A stretch of DNA of 64,000 nucleotides from an uncultured Thermus sp. Lineage in GTDB: Bacteria > Deinococcota > Deinococci > Deinococcales > Thermaceae. The notes below the pieces were generated by a model. It made no database searches and had not been told where the DNA came from. It was given only the letters and a program-made list of their open reading frames with translations. Both the position numbers and the translations under genes were made by a program. The DNA lies in contig CAMTVD010000014.1 in assembly GCA_947085095.1 (NCBI GenBank), positions 160,001-224,000 on the forward strand, in the 5' to 3' direction. Below, in pieces: positions 47,401-56,553 of the stretch (position 1 is the first letter of the stretch; every line of letters starts with the position of its first letter).

Positions 47401-47943
47401 ATGTGGGATGTCCTGGTGGTGGGCGGGGGGCCTTCGGGCCTCTCCGCCGCTTTGTTCCTGACCCGGGCGGGCCTGCGGGTGTTGGTTTTGGATGGCGGCC
47501 GTTCCCAGGTCTTGCAGGTAAGCCGGGTTCCCAACTATCCCGGGCTTTTGGAGGAGCCCTCGGGAGAGGAGCTTTTGGAGCGCCTAAAAGAGCACGCCCG
47601 CCGCTACGGGGCGGAGGTCCGCCCTGGGGTGGTGAAAGGGGTGCGGGACATGGGCGGGGTCTTTGAGGTGGAGACGGAGGGGGGGGTGGAGGAGGCGGAA
47701 AGGCTTCTCCTCTGCACCCACAAGGACCCCACCCTCCCCTCCCTCCTGGGCCTGGCCCGTAAAGGTGTCTTCATAGACACCGACGAAGGGGGGCGGACCA
47801 GCTACCCCCGGGTCTACGCCGCCGGCGTGGCCCGGGGCAAGGTGCCAGGCCACGCCATCGTGAGTGCGGGGGACGGGGCCTACGTGGCCGTGCACCTGGT
47901 CTCCGACCTGCGGGGCGAACCCTACAAGGACCACGCTAAGTAA
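47401..47943 (+). CDS. Short thioredoxin-reductase-like FAD oxidoreductase
   Basis: VGGGPSGLSAA, NYPG, TSYPRVYAAG, AIVSAGDG; lacks an NADPH domain. Confidence 0.85.
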   Translation: MWDVLVVGGGPSGLSAALFLTRAGLRVLVLDGGRSQVLQVSRVPNYPGLLEEPSGEELLERLKEHARRYGAEVRPGVVKGVRDMGGVFEVETEGGVEEAERLLLCTHKDPTLPSLLGLARKGVFIDTDEGGRTSYPRVYAAGVARGKVPGHAIVSAGDGAYVAVHLVSDLRGEPYKDHAK

Positions 47944-47964
47944 CCGGTCCCTTTCCCGGGGCCT

Positions 47965-48735
47965 TTAAACGGGCCTTCCCGCCATCATGAAGCTGCTGGT
48001 CATCCCCCCGTCCACGGGGAGGACGGCCCCGGTGACGAAGCTGGCCTTCTCCGAGGCCAGGAAGAGGACCGCCTCCGCCACCTCCTCGGGCCTTCCCAGC
48101 CGCCTTAGGGCGTGGAGGTCCTCCCAGTCCCGCCGGGTCCTTTCCGGGTCCTCGGAGAGGAGGAGGGCCTCGAGGACCGCCTCCGTGGCGATGGCCCCCG
48201 GGGCCACGGCGTTCACCCGGATGCCCAGGGGGGCCAGGTCCAGGGCCAGGGAGCGGGTCAGGTTCACCAGCCCCCCTTTGGAGGCGTTGTAGGCGGCGTT
48301 TTCCTGTTCGGCGAAAAGCCCCTGGACGCTGGCCACGTTCACAATGGCCCCGCCCCCCACCTTGCGCATCTCCCGGGCGGCCAGGGCGGAAAGGTGCATG
48401 GGGGCGGTGAGGTTCACCTCCAGCACCCTGCGCCAGGCGGATAGGGGCACGGTGAGGGCCGAGCCGGGGGCGGAGATGGCGGCGTTGTTGACCAGCACGT
48501 CCACCCGCCCCAGGGCGTGGGCGGCCTCCTCCACAAAGCGCACCCGGTCCCGCTCCTCAGCCAGGTCGGCCTGGACGAAGAACCCGCCGATGGCCTCCGC
48601 CACCTCCCGTCCCTCAGGCCTCAGGTCACAAAGGGCCACCAAGGCCCCCTCCCGGGCGAAGGCCTGGGCGATGGCCCGGCCGATGCCCCGGGCCGCCCCG
48701 GTGACCAGCACCCCTCTTCCTTCAAAGAGCCCCAT
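47965..48735 (-). CDS. SDR family oxidoreductase
   Basis: [22 protein letters not shown]. Confidence 0.93.
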   Translation of the reverse strand: MGLFEGRGVLVTGAARGIGRAIAQAFAREGALVALCDLRPEGREVAEAIGGFFVQADLAEERDRVRFVEEAAHALGRVDVLVNNAAISAPGSALTVPLSAWRRVLEVNLTAPMHLSALAAREMRKVGGGAIVNVASVQGLFAEQENAAYNASKGGLVNLTRSLALDLAPLGIRVNAVAPGAIATEAVLEALLLSEDPERTRRDWEDLHALRRLGRPEEVAEAVLFLASEKASFVTGAVLPVDGGMTSSFMMAGRPV

Positions 48736-48739
48736 GCCC

Positions 48740-49867
48740 CTAGCTTACGAGCCTGGGGTCCAGGGCCTGGGCCACCTTGTCTGGGGGCAGGGCACCCTGA
48801 ACCACCTCCTTCCCCCCGCCCTTGCCCCCCAGGGCCTTGAGGGCGGCGAGGACCTGTTCCCTCCCCGGCCCCAGGAGGGCGAAGCGCCCCTCGGGGGAGA
48901 GGAGGAGGAAGGTCTTTTCGCTCCAGGCGAGGAGCTTCTTGGCCAGCTCGGGGAGGACGGGGGCGGGGACCAAAAGGACCCTCTCCTCCAGGGCCCGGGG
49001 CAGAAGGGCCTCCACCAGGGCCTCCTTGAGGGCCAGGTTCTCCCCCTTGAGGGCGTGGACCTCCTCCTGGAGCTTCTTTATGGGCTTTTCCAGGTCCAGG
49101 GCGCTCGTGGAGAAGGCCAGGGCCAGGCGGGAGAGGAGGGCGTGTTTGGCGTGGTAGTCCTCGAGGGCCTCCCACCCCGCCAGGAAGTAGATCCGGGTAC
49201 CCCCTTTGTAGCGCTCCCACTTCTGCACCTTGATGGGCCCGGCCTGGGCGCTGGTCCTCAGGTGGGTACCCCCGCAGGCCGCCAGGTCAAAGTCCCCGAT
49301 CCTGACCAGGCGCACTTCTCCCTGGACCCTGGGGGGGCGGCGGAGGGGGTAGTGGGCCAGCTCCTCCTCGCTCACGAAGAAGGCCTCCACCGGGTAGTCG
49401 GCGTAGACGGCGAAGGCCGCCAGGGCCTCGGCCTCCCGTATCTTGGCCTCTTCCGCCTCCTCCTCGAGGTCTACCGTGCAAAGGGGGGAGTCCAGGCTCA
49501 CCGCCACCGTGTGGTACCCCCCGGCCCGGAGGAGGGCCTGGGAGAGGATGTGCTGGGCGGTGTGGCGCTGCATGTGGTGGAAGCGCCTTTTCCAGTCAAT
49601 CTCCCCCTCCACCTCCTCCCCCTCGGGGATGGGGGCGGAGAGGAGGTGGACCACGTCCCCGAAGGCCTTCTCCTCCTCGTAGGCGTGGAGGACCTGCACC
49701 TCGCCAAAAGCTCCCCTCAGGACCCCGGTGTCCGCGGGCTGGCCCCCAGACTCGGGGTAGAAGAGGGTCTGGGATAAGACGGCGTGGTGGCCCTTCTCAT
49801 CGCTCCAGGCCCTTTCCACCCGGGCCTGGAAGCGGGTGGCGTAGCTGTCCAGCTGGTAGAGCCTCAT
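48740..49867 (-). CDS. AlaX-like alanyl-tRNA editing protein with DHHA1 tail
   Basis: [27 protein letters not shown]. Confidence 0.9.
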   Translation of the reverse strand: MRLYQLDSYATRFQARVERAWSDEKGHHAVLSQTLFYPESGGQPADTGVLRGAFGEVQVLHAYEEEKAFGDVVHLLSAPIPEGEEVEGEIDWKRRFHHMQRHTAQHILSQALLRAGGYHTVAVSLDSPLCTVDLEEEAEEAKIREAEALAAFAVYADYPVEAFFVSEEELAHYPLRRPPRVQGEVRLVRIGDFDLAACGGTHLRTSAQAGPIKVQKWERYKGGTRIYFLAGWEALEDYHAKHALLSRLALAFSTSALDLEKPIKKLQEEVHALKGENLALKEALVEALLPRALEERVLLVPAPVLPELAKKLLAWSEKTFLLLSPEGRFALLGPGREQVLAALKALGGKGGGKEVVQGALPPDKVAQALDPRLVS

Positions 49868-49885
49868 CCCTTTAGGATAAGGAGG

Positions 49886-50293
49886 ATGGTGCCCTTGGAC
49901 CGGGAGGAGTTCGGCCGCTGGCTTTCCCAGGCCCGGCACACCCTGGGCTCCGCCAAAAGGGATGCCGAGGAGGGGGACTACGACTGGGCCGCCTTCAAAG
50001 CCCAGCAGGCGGCGGAGTATGCCCTGAAGGGTCTTCTTAGGGGGCTAGGCCGCCCCGCCTACGGCCACGCCCTTTCCCGGCTTTTAGAGGGTTTGCGAGA
50101 GGCGGGGGTGGAGGTTCCCGAGACCCTTCTTGAGGCGGCCAAGGAGCTGGACCTCCACTACATCCCCGCCCGCTACCCTGACGCCTACCCCGAGGGAAGC
50201 CCCCATCTCTACTACACGGCCAAGCGGGCCTCCGAGGCTTTGGAGGCGGCGGAGGCCATTTTGGCCTGGGTGGAGGGGCTTTATGCTCCATGA
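49886..50293 (+). CDS. HEPN domain protein
   Basis: YDWAAFKAQQAAEYALKGLL, GHALSRL, HYIPARYPD. Confidence 0.9.
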   Translation: MVPLDREEFGRWLSQARHTLGSAKRDAEEGDYDWAAFKAQQAAEYALKGLLRGLGRPAYGHALSRLLEGLREAGVEVPETLLEAAKELDLHYIPARYPDAYPEGSPHLYYTAKRASEALEAAEAILAWVEGLYAP

Positions 50294-50612
50294 GGCCCTG
50301 AGGCGGAGGCAGGCGGAATGGGAGGCCCTCCTGGAGGAGGCCAGGGCCTACGCCCATAGGGTACGGGAGGCTTTAGGGGAGGCCAGGGTCTATCTCTTTG
50401 GCTCCGTGGCCCGGGGGGAGTTCAACCTGGAAAGCGACATAGATCTTCTGGTGGTTTCTCCTCACCTGCCCCAAGATCCCTTGGAACGCCTCGCCCTTCT
50501 CCACCGCCTCGGGGGGGGTCGGGTGGAGCCCCGGGGCCTCCTGCCGGAGGAGTTCGCTAAGCTAGAGGCCAAGGGGGCTCTCTGGTGGCTGGAAGACGCG
50601 CGGGAGCTGTGA
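50283..50612 (+). CDS. Minimal nucleotidyltransferase (MNT)
   Basis: LFGSVARGEFNLESDIDLLVV = GS-X10-DXD. Confidence 0.9.
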   Translation: MLHEALRRRQAEWEALLEEARAYAHRVREALGEARVYLFGSVARGEFNLESDIDLLVVSPHLPQDPLERLALLHRLGGGRVEPRGLLPEEFAKLEAKGALWWLEDAREL

Positions 50613-51319
50613 GGGGAGAAAGGCTGGACAAGCTCCTGGCCAGGCTCGGCCTGGGAAGCCGCAAGGAGGTGGGGCGGCTCATCCGCTCCGGGAAGGTGCG
50701 CGTGGGAGGCGAGGTGATTCTGGACCCCAGTTTCCACGTGCCGGAGGGGATCGGGCTGGAGGTGGAGGGGAAGCCCCTTTCCGTGCGCCGCCATTTCCAC
50801 CTTCTCCTCCACAAACCCGCGGGGTACGTGACCAGCCGCAAGGAGGGCCCCTCCGTCTACGCCCTCCTCGAGGGTTTCCCCACCCGGGACCTCTCCCCCG
50901 TGGGCCGGCTGGACAAGGACACCGAGGGCCTCCTCCTCTTCACCACCCACGGGGAGCTCCTCCACCGCCTCACCCACCCCCGGCACAAGGTGGAAAAGCG
51001 CTACCTGGTCCGCCTCCTCTACCCGGCCACGGAGGAGGACAGGCGAGCCTTCCAGGAGGGCATCCTGCTGGACGGGGAAAGGACGCTTCCCGCAAGGCTT
51101 TACCTGGGCGAGGACCCCACCCTGGTGGAGCTGGTCCTTTGGCAGGGCCGCTTCCACCAGGTGAAGCGCATGTTCCAGGCCCGGGGCAACCAGGTGATCT
51201 ACCTCAAGCGCCTCTCCCTGGGGCCCCTCACCCTGGGGGACCTTCCCCTAGGCGGGGTTCGCCCCCTAACGCCGGAGGAGGAGGCGGCCCTTTACCGGAC
51301 GGTGGGGCTTGGCCCTTGA
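50609..51319 (+). CDS. rsuA: RsuA family pseudouridine synthase
   Basis: S4 domain RLDKLL, HKPAGY, VGRLDKDTEGLLL, GRFHQVKRM. Confidence 0.9.
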   Translation: MRGERLDKLLARLGLGSRKEVGRLIRSGKVRVGGEVILDPSFHVPEGIGLEVEGKPLSVRRHFHLLLHKPAGYVTSRKEGPSVYALLEGFPTRDLSPVGRLDKDTEGLLLFTTHGELLHRLTHPRHKVEKRYLVRLLYPATEEDRRAFQEGILLDGERTLPARLYLGEDPTLVELVLWQGRFHQVKRMFQARGNQVIYLKRLSLGPLTLGDLPLGGVRPLTPEEEAALYRTVGLGP

Positions 51320-51366
51320 GGTGTTTTTCACACCGCTTTTGCAAAGGGCGTGGTACCCTCCCCTTC

Positions 51367-52455
51367 ATGAGGCGCCTTCTGGCCCTGGCGCTCCTCCTGG
51401 GCTTGGCCTGGGGGCAGGGGGATCCGGCGCCTTTGGAAGCCCTTCTGGTTCTCCAGGAGGAAGTCATTGAGGAAGGGGCGCTTCGCACCTACACCGGGGT
51501 TCAGCGCTACCCCGTGGCCTCGGAGGAGGAGCTTAGGGCCCTCCTGAAGAAGCTCTCCCGCGAGCCCCGCCCGCCCCGCTTCGTTTACGGGGAAGGCCGG
51601 TGGCGGGGGGTGGAGAAGAAGGGCCTAGCCTTTGACGAGGAGGAGGCCTTGGCCGCCTACCGGCAGGCCTTGGCCCAGGGAAGGAGAAGCTTCCGCCTGC
51701 CCGTCCGCTACACCCCGCCCACCCCCAGCCTGAGGGACCTCTACGCCTTAGGGGTGCGGGAGCACCTGGCCACGGGGGAGACGGACTTCCGGGGCTCCAG
51801 CCGGGCCAGGCTCCACAACCTCCTCCTGGCCAGTAGCAGGCTGGACGGCCTCCTCATCCCCCCCGGCCGCTTCTCCTTCAACCGGGCCCTGGGGCCCGTC
51901 ACCCAGGAGGCGGGGTACCAGGAGGCCTTCGTGATCGTGGGGGACAGGACGGAGCAGGGGGTGGGGGGCGGGGTCTGCCAGGTGTCCACCACCCTATTCA
52001 GGGCCTTCTTCTTCGCGGGCCTCCCCATCCTGGAGCGCCACGCCCACAGCTACCAGGTGGCCTACTACCAGCCCACGGGGCTGGACGCCGCCGTCATCGC
52101 CCCTTACAGGGACCTGAAGGTCCTGAACGACACCCCGGGGCACATCCTGGTGCAGCGCTCCGTGGTGGGAACGAGGCTCCGCTTCCACCTCTTCGGCACC
52201 AAGGACCGGGAGGTGCGCTACGAAGGGCCCTTCATCACCGACCGTAAGCCCCCCCTTCCCCCGCGGGAGATCCTGGACCCCACCTTGCCCCCGGGGGCGC
52301 GCAAGCAGGTGGACTTCGCCGCCGAGGGGGCCCGGGTGGAGTGGCGGCGCCTGGTCCGCTACCAAGACGGCAGGGTGCGGGAGGACAAGGTGGTGAGCCT
52401 CTACCGCCCCTGGGGGGCGGTCTACCTGGTGGGGCCTAGGCGGGAAGCTCCATAA
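51367..52455 (+). CDS. VanW family exported protein
   Basis: Signal peptide, FSFN, GGGVCQVSTTLF, ERHAHSY, GLDA. Confidence 0.88.
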   Translation: MRRLLALALLLGLAWGQGDPAPLEALLVLQEEVIEEGALRTYTGVQRYPVASEEELRALLKKLSREPRPPRFVYGEGRWRGVEKKGLAFDEEEALAAYRQALAQGRRSFRLPVRYTPPTPSLRDLYALGVREHLATGETDFRGSSRARLHNLLLASSRLDGLLIPPGRFSFNRALGPVTQEAGYQEAFVIVGDRTEQGVGGGVCQVSTTLFRAFFFAGLPILERHAHSYQVAYYQPTGLDAAVIAPYRDLKVLNDTPGHILVQRSVVGTRLRFHLFGTKDREVRYEGPFITDRKPPLPPREILDPTLPPGARKQVDFAAEGARVEWRRLVRYQDGRVREDKVVSLYRPWGAVYLVGPRREAP

Positions 52456-52699
52456 GGATGGCCCGTTCCACGGGAAGGAGGCGGTGGGGTTCCTGCACCC
52501 ATGCTCCTTCCCCCCGCCGAAGGTGGAAGTAGCGTCCCTCAGGGAGGTCAATGACCAGCTCCCCCTCCAATAGGAGGTAGAAGGCGCTCTCCTCCCGCTC
52601 TTCTGGGGCCTTTAGGGTGTAGGCCTTGAGGGGAAGGCCCGGCACCTCTACCTGGCCTTCCCGGGCCAGGCGCAGGAGGTGGAGCTTGAGGCTTGCCAT
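52436..52699 (-). CDS. Small cupin-like protein
   Basis: FYLLLEGELVIDL...LRRGEG...PH; abuts the topA stop (TGATG). Confidence 0.7.
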   Translation of the reverse strand: MASLKLHLLRLAREGQVEVPGLPLKAYTLKAPEEREESAFYLLLEGELVIDLPEGRYFHLRRGEGAWVQEPHRLLPVERAILMELPA

Positions 52700-55197
52700 C
52701 AGGTGGGGGCCACCTCCTTCTTAGCCCGCCCTTTGCGCATGCGAAGCTTGAAAAGGGCCCGCTGGGCCAGCCTGGCCTCCTCCCCGGCCAGGGGCTTTCC
52801 TTGGGCCAGGCCCTCGAGGGCCCGCCTCTCCGCCTCGGGAAGCTCGGGAAGGAAGGGCTTTAGGTCCGCCCAGTCCTTAGGGGGCGCGGGGGCCTTCTTC
52901 CCTTTGACGGCCCTTTGGGGTGGGGAACCCTTGGGGCTTGGCACCAGGCGCGGCTCGTGCTCCGGGCAGGCGGGGTTCATGCAGGCCGCCTTCTTGCCCT
53001 TCTCCACCAGGGGCCAGCCGCAGGCGGGGCAGGGGGTGGGGAGGAGGGGGTAGAAGGAGAGGAAGCCGCAGGCCCGGTTCTCACATTTGTAGTAGGGCTT
53101 GCCCCGCTTGCCCCGCTTTTCCAGGATCCGCCCCCCGCACTTGGGGCAGGCTCTTCCCGTGGGGGTGCCGTCGTCCCGGGTGTAGCCGCACTCCGGGTAG
53201 CCCGAGCAGGCGATGAAGCTCCCGTACCGCCCCTCCTTGCGCACGAGGGGCCTACCGCACTGGGGGCAGGCTTCCCCCAAGGCCTCCGCCTCCTTCTTCT
53301 CCAAGGGCTCGGTGTGGGTGCACTCGGGGTAGCCCGTGCACCCCAGGAACTGGCCGAAGCGGCTCACCTTGAGCTCCAGGGGGCGGCCGCATTTGGGGCA
53401 GGTCTTTTTGGGCACCCGGTTGAGCTCCGCCAAAAAGGGTTCGTAGAACTCCAGGACCACCTGGGGCCAGGGGGCCTGGCCCTCCTCCACCTGGTCCAGG
53501 CGGTCCTCCATGCGGGCGGTGAACTCGTAGGCCACCACCTGGGGGAAGCGCTCCTTGAGGTAGCGGGTCACCTCCCGGCCCAAGGGGGTGGGGAGGAGGG
53601 TGCGGCCCCGCCTTTCCACGTAACCCCGCTTTTCTAGGGTTTCCAGGGTGGGGGCGTAGGTGGAGGGGCGGCCGATGCCCAGCTCCTCCATGGCCTTGAC
53701 CAGGGTGGCGTCGGTGTAGCGGGGCGGGGGCTCGGTGTGGCGCTCCTCGGCCTTCACCTCCAGAAGCTCGGCCCTGGCCCCCTCGGAAAGGGCGGGCACA
53801 GGGGGCTCCGCTTTGGGGCCCCCTTCCCCCAAATGAACCTCTTCCTCCCCCTCCCTGCCCCAGGCCTTCAGGTAGCCCTCAAACCGGAGGACCGAGCCCG
53901 AGGCCCGGAAGAGGAACCGGGGCCCTACCCGGCCCTCGTCCTGAAAAAGCACCACCGTCTGCTCGTAGAGGGCCTCCCTCATCTGGCTGGCCAGAAAGCG
54001 CCGCCAGATCAGCTCGTAAAGGCGGTACTCCTCCTCGGAGAGGTACTTGCGCACTGCCTCGGGGGTGCGCCTGGGGTCCGTGGGGCGGATGGCCTCGTGG
54101 GCGTCCTGCACCCCCTCCTTCCGGTTCCTGTAGACCCTGGGGGCCTCGGGCAGGTACTCGGGGCCGAAGGCCTCCCCGATGACCTCCCGGGCCGCCTGGA
54201 GGGCCTCGGGGGAGACCCGCACCGAGTCCGTGCGCATGTAGGTGATGAGGCCCACGGTGCCCTCGGGCAGGTCCACGCCCTCGTAGAGGCGCTGGGCGAT
54301 GCGCATGGTGCGGCCTGCGGTGTAGCCCAGGCGGCTACTGGCCGCCTGCTGCAGGGTGGAGGTGGTGAAGGGGGGTGGCGGGGCCTTGCGCCGCTCCTTG
54401 GTCTCCACCTGGGCCACCCGGTAGGGGAGTCTGGCCGCCTCCTGGGCCAGCTTCCTGGCTTCCCCCTCCGTGGCCAGGTGGCGTTTCCCCTCCTTCTCCC
54501 CCTGACCTGTCCAGAGGCGCTGGCCCTCCACCTCGTAAAGGGCGGCCCAGACCTCCTTTCCTTCCACCGCAAAGCGGCCGGAAAGGAGCCAGTAGGCCTC
54601 CTTTTGGAAGGCCTCTATCTCCTCCTCCCGCTCCACCACCAGCCTCAAGGCCACGCTCTGTACCCGGCCGGCGGAGAGGGCCCGCTTGCGGAACTCCAGG
54701 GAGAGGAGGGGGGAGAGGTTGTACCCCACCAGGCGGTCCAAAACGCGCCGGGCCTGCTGGGCGTCCACCAGGTTCTGGTCTATGGGCCTGGGCCTCTCCA
54801 CCGCCCCCTTCACTACCTTTGGGGTGATCTCGTGGAACTCCACCCGGATGGGCTCCTTGGGATCCCGTCCCAGAAGGCGGGCCACGTGCCAGCCGATGGC
54901 CTCCCCCTCCCGGTCGGGGTCGGTGGCGATGAGAAGGCGCTTGCCCTGGGCGGCCCGCTTCAACTCTTCCACCACCGGCTTCTTGTCCTTCTTCACCTCG
55001 TAGGTGGGGGCGAAGTCCCGCGCCACGTCCACCCCCAGGGTCCTCTCCGGGAGGTCGGCCACATGGCCCTTGCTGGCCCGGACCTCGTAGCCGGGCCCCA
55101 GCATCTTCTGGATGCTTTTGGCCTTGGCGGGGGACTCCACCACCACCAAGGTGGCGGCCCGGCTCTCTTCCCCCTGGGTCTTGGGCTTCCTCGGCAT
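52699..55197 (-). CDS. topA: DNA topoisomerase I
   Basis: VESPAK, ATDPDREGE, SAGRVQ, ITYMRTDS, GIGRPSTY, C4 zinc ribbons. Confidence 0.97.
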   Translation of the reverse strand: MPRKPKTQGEESRAATLVVVESPAKAKSIQKMLGPGYEVRASKGHVADLPERTLGVDVARDFAPTYEVKKDKKPVVEELKRAAQGKRLLIATDPDREGEAIGWHVARLLGRDPKEPIRVEFHEITPKVVKGAVERPRPIDQNLVDAQQARRVLDRLVGYNLSPLLSLEFRKRALSAGRVQSVALRLVVEREEEIEAFQKEAYWLLSGRFAVEGKEVWAALYEVEGQRLWTGQGEKEGKRHLATEGEARKLAQEAARLPYRVAQVETKERRKAPPPPFTTSTLQQAASSRLGYTAGRTMRIAQRLYEGVDLPEGTVGLITYMRTDSVRVSPEALQAAREVIGEAFGPEYLPEAPRVYRNRKEGVQDAHEAIRPTDPRRTPEAVRKYLSEEEYRLYELIWRRFLASQMREALYEQTVVLFQDEGRVGPRFLFRASGSVLRFEGYLKAWGREGEEEVHLGEGGPKAEPPVPALSEGARAELLEVKAEERHTEPPPRYTDATLVKAMEELGIGRPSTYAPTLETLEKRGYVERRGRTLLPTPLGREVTRYLKERFPQVVAYEFTARMEDRLDQVEEGQAPWPQVVLEFYEPFLAELNRVPKKTCPKCGRPLELKVSRFGQFLGCTGYPECTHTEPLEKKEAEALGEACPQCGRPLVRKEGRYGSFIACSGYPECGYTRDDGTPTGRACPKCGGRILEKRGKRGKPYYKCENRACGFLSFYPLLPTPCPACGWPLVEKGKKAACMNPACPEHEPRLVPSPKGSPPQRAVKGKKAPAPPKDWADLKPFLPELPEAERRALEGLAQGKPLAGEEARLAQRALFKLRMRKGRAKKEVAPT

Positions 55198-55230
55198 CGC
55201 CCCCTATTTAGGGGGGTGGGCCGGGCCTTG

Positions 55231-56553
55231 TCAAGCCCGGTCCTTCCCTTTGAGGTCCACCCCGGGGTAGCTCCGGGGGAGGAGTTTCCGCTCCCAGGCG
55301 GCCTTGTGGAGCTCCTCCCGGAAGTCGGGGTGGGCGATCCCTATGAGGGCCAGGGCCCTTTCCCTGAGGGAGCGGCCGAAGAGCTCGGCCACCCCCCACT
55401 CGGTGACCACGTAGTGCACGTCCGCCCGGGTGGTGACCACCCCGGCTCCCGGCTTCAGGTAGGGGACGATGCGGCTATGTCCCTTGGCGGTGGAGGGGAG
55501 GGCGATGATGGGCTTACCCCCTTCGCTCCGGGCCGCTCCCCGGATGAAGTCCAGCTGACCCCCGAAGCCCGAGTAGATGCGGGTGCCGATGGAGTCCGCC
55601 ACCACCTGGCCGGTGAGGTCCACCTCAATGGCGGAGTTGATGGCCACCATCTTGCGGTTCTGGGCGATGACGAAGGGGTCGTTCACGTAGTCCGCGGGGT
55701 GGAGTTCAAAAAGGGGGTTGTCGTGGACGAAGCGGTAAAGCCTTTCCGAACCCAGGACAAAGGTGCCGATGATCTTCCCCGGGTGGAGGGTCTTTTTGCT
55801 CCCGGTGAGGAGGCCCTTTTCCAGGGCCTCCAGCACCCCGTCGGAGATCATCTCCGTGTGCACCCCGAGGTCGCGGCGCCCCTCGAGGCTGGCCAAGACG
55901 GCGTCCGGGATGGCCCCAATGCCCATCTGCAGGGTGGACCCGTCCTCTATGAGGCCCGCCACGTGCTCCCCGATGCGCCTCTCCACCTCCCCGAAGCCCT
56001 CCCGCTTTAGCTCGGGCAGGGGGTAGTCCATCTCCACGATGGCGGTGAAGCGGGAGACGTGGACGAAGGTGTCCCCCAGGGTCCTGGGCATCCTGGGGTT
56101 CACCATGGCGATGACGATGGGAGCGGCTTCCAGGGCGGCCTTGGAGGCGATGACCTCCACCCCCAAGGAGCAGAAGCCGTGCTCGTCGGGGGGGGAGACC
56201 TGGACGATGGCGGCGTCCAGGGGCAGGACCCGGCGCTTGAAGAGCCAGGGGACCTGGTGGAGCATGATGGGCACGTAGTCGGCCCGGCCCTGGTTCACCG
56301 ACTCCCGGTCGGCGGGGCCCACGAAAAGGGAGCGCCTGCGGAAGTGCCCCTCCATCTCGGGGCTGGCGAAGGGGTCGTGGCCCAACTGCAGAAGGTGGAT
56401 GAGCTCCACCCCTTCCAGTTCGCCCTTGCGGGCGGCCAGGGCCTCCAGGAGGGGCGTGGGGGTGGCGGCGTTGCCGGAGACGAAGACCCGCATTCCCGAG
56501 CGGATCAGGGTGACGGCGTCCTCGGGAGAGGTCAGCTTCTTGCGGTAGCTCAT
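55231..56553 (-). CDS. Acetyl-CoA hydrolase/transferase family CoA transferase
   Basis: LQMGIGAIP, HTEM, GFGGQLDF, VVTEWG. Confidence 0.92.
   Translation of the reverse strand: MSYRKKLTSPEDAVTLIRSGMRVFVSGNAATPTPLLEALAARKGELEGVELIHLLQLGHDPFASPEMEGHFRRRSLFVGPADRESVNQGRADYVPIMLHQVPWLFKRRVLPLDAAIVQVSPPDEHGFCSLGVEVIASKAALEAAPIVIAMVNPRMPRTLGDTFVHVSRFTAIVEMDYPLPELKREGFGEVERRIGEHVAGLIEDGSTLQMGIGAIPDAVLASLEGRRDLGVHTEMISDGVLEALEKGLLTGSKKTLHPGKIIGTFVLGSERLYRFVHDNPLFELHPADYVNDPFVIAQNRKMVAINSAIEVDLTGQVVADSIGTRIYSGFGGQLDFIRGAARSEGGKPIIALPSTAKGHSRIVPYLKPGAGVVTTRADVHYVVTEWGVAELFGRSLRERALALIGIAHPDFREELHKAAWERKLLPRSYPGVDLKGKDRA

Noticed and set aside
51367..52455. VanW as a vancomycin-resistance determinant
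   Set aside because: No vanHAX/vanRS genes; stand-alone VanW-domain proteins are widespread
55205..55234. topA promoter TTGACA-N18-TAAATA as a supercoiling-sensitive promoter
   Set aside because: The -10 lacks the conserved final T; cannot be supported from sequence alone
53737..56010. 757-aa plus-strand ORF
   Set aside because: Antisense shadow of topA and the CoA transferase
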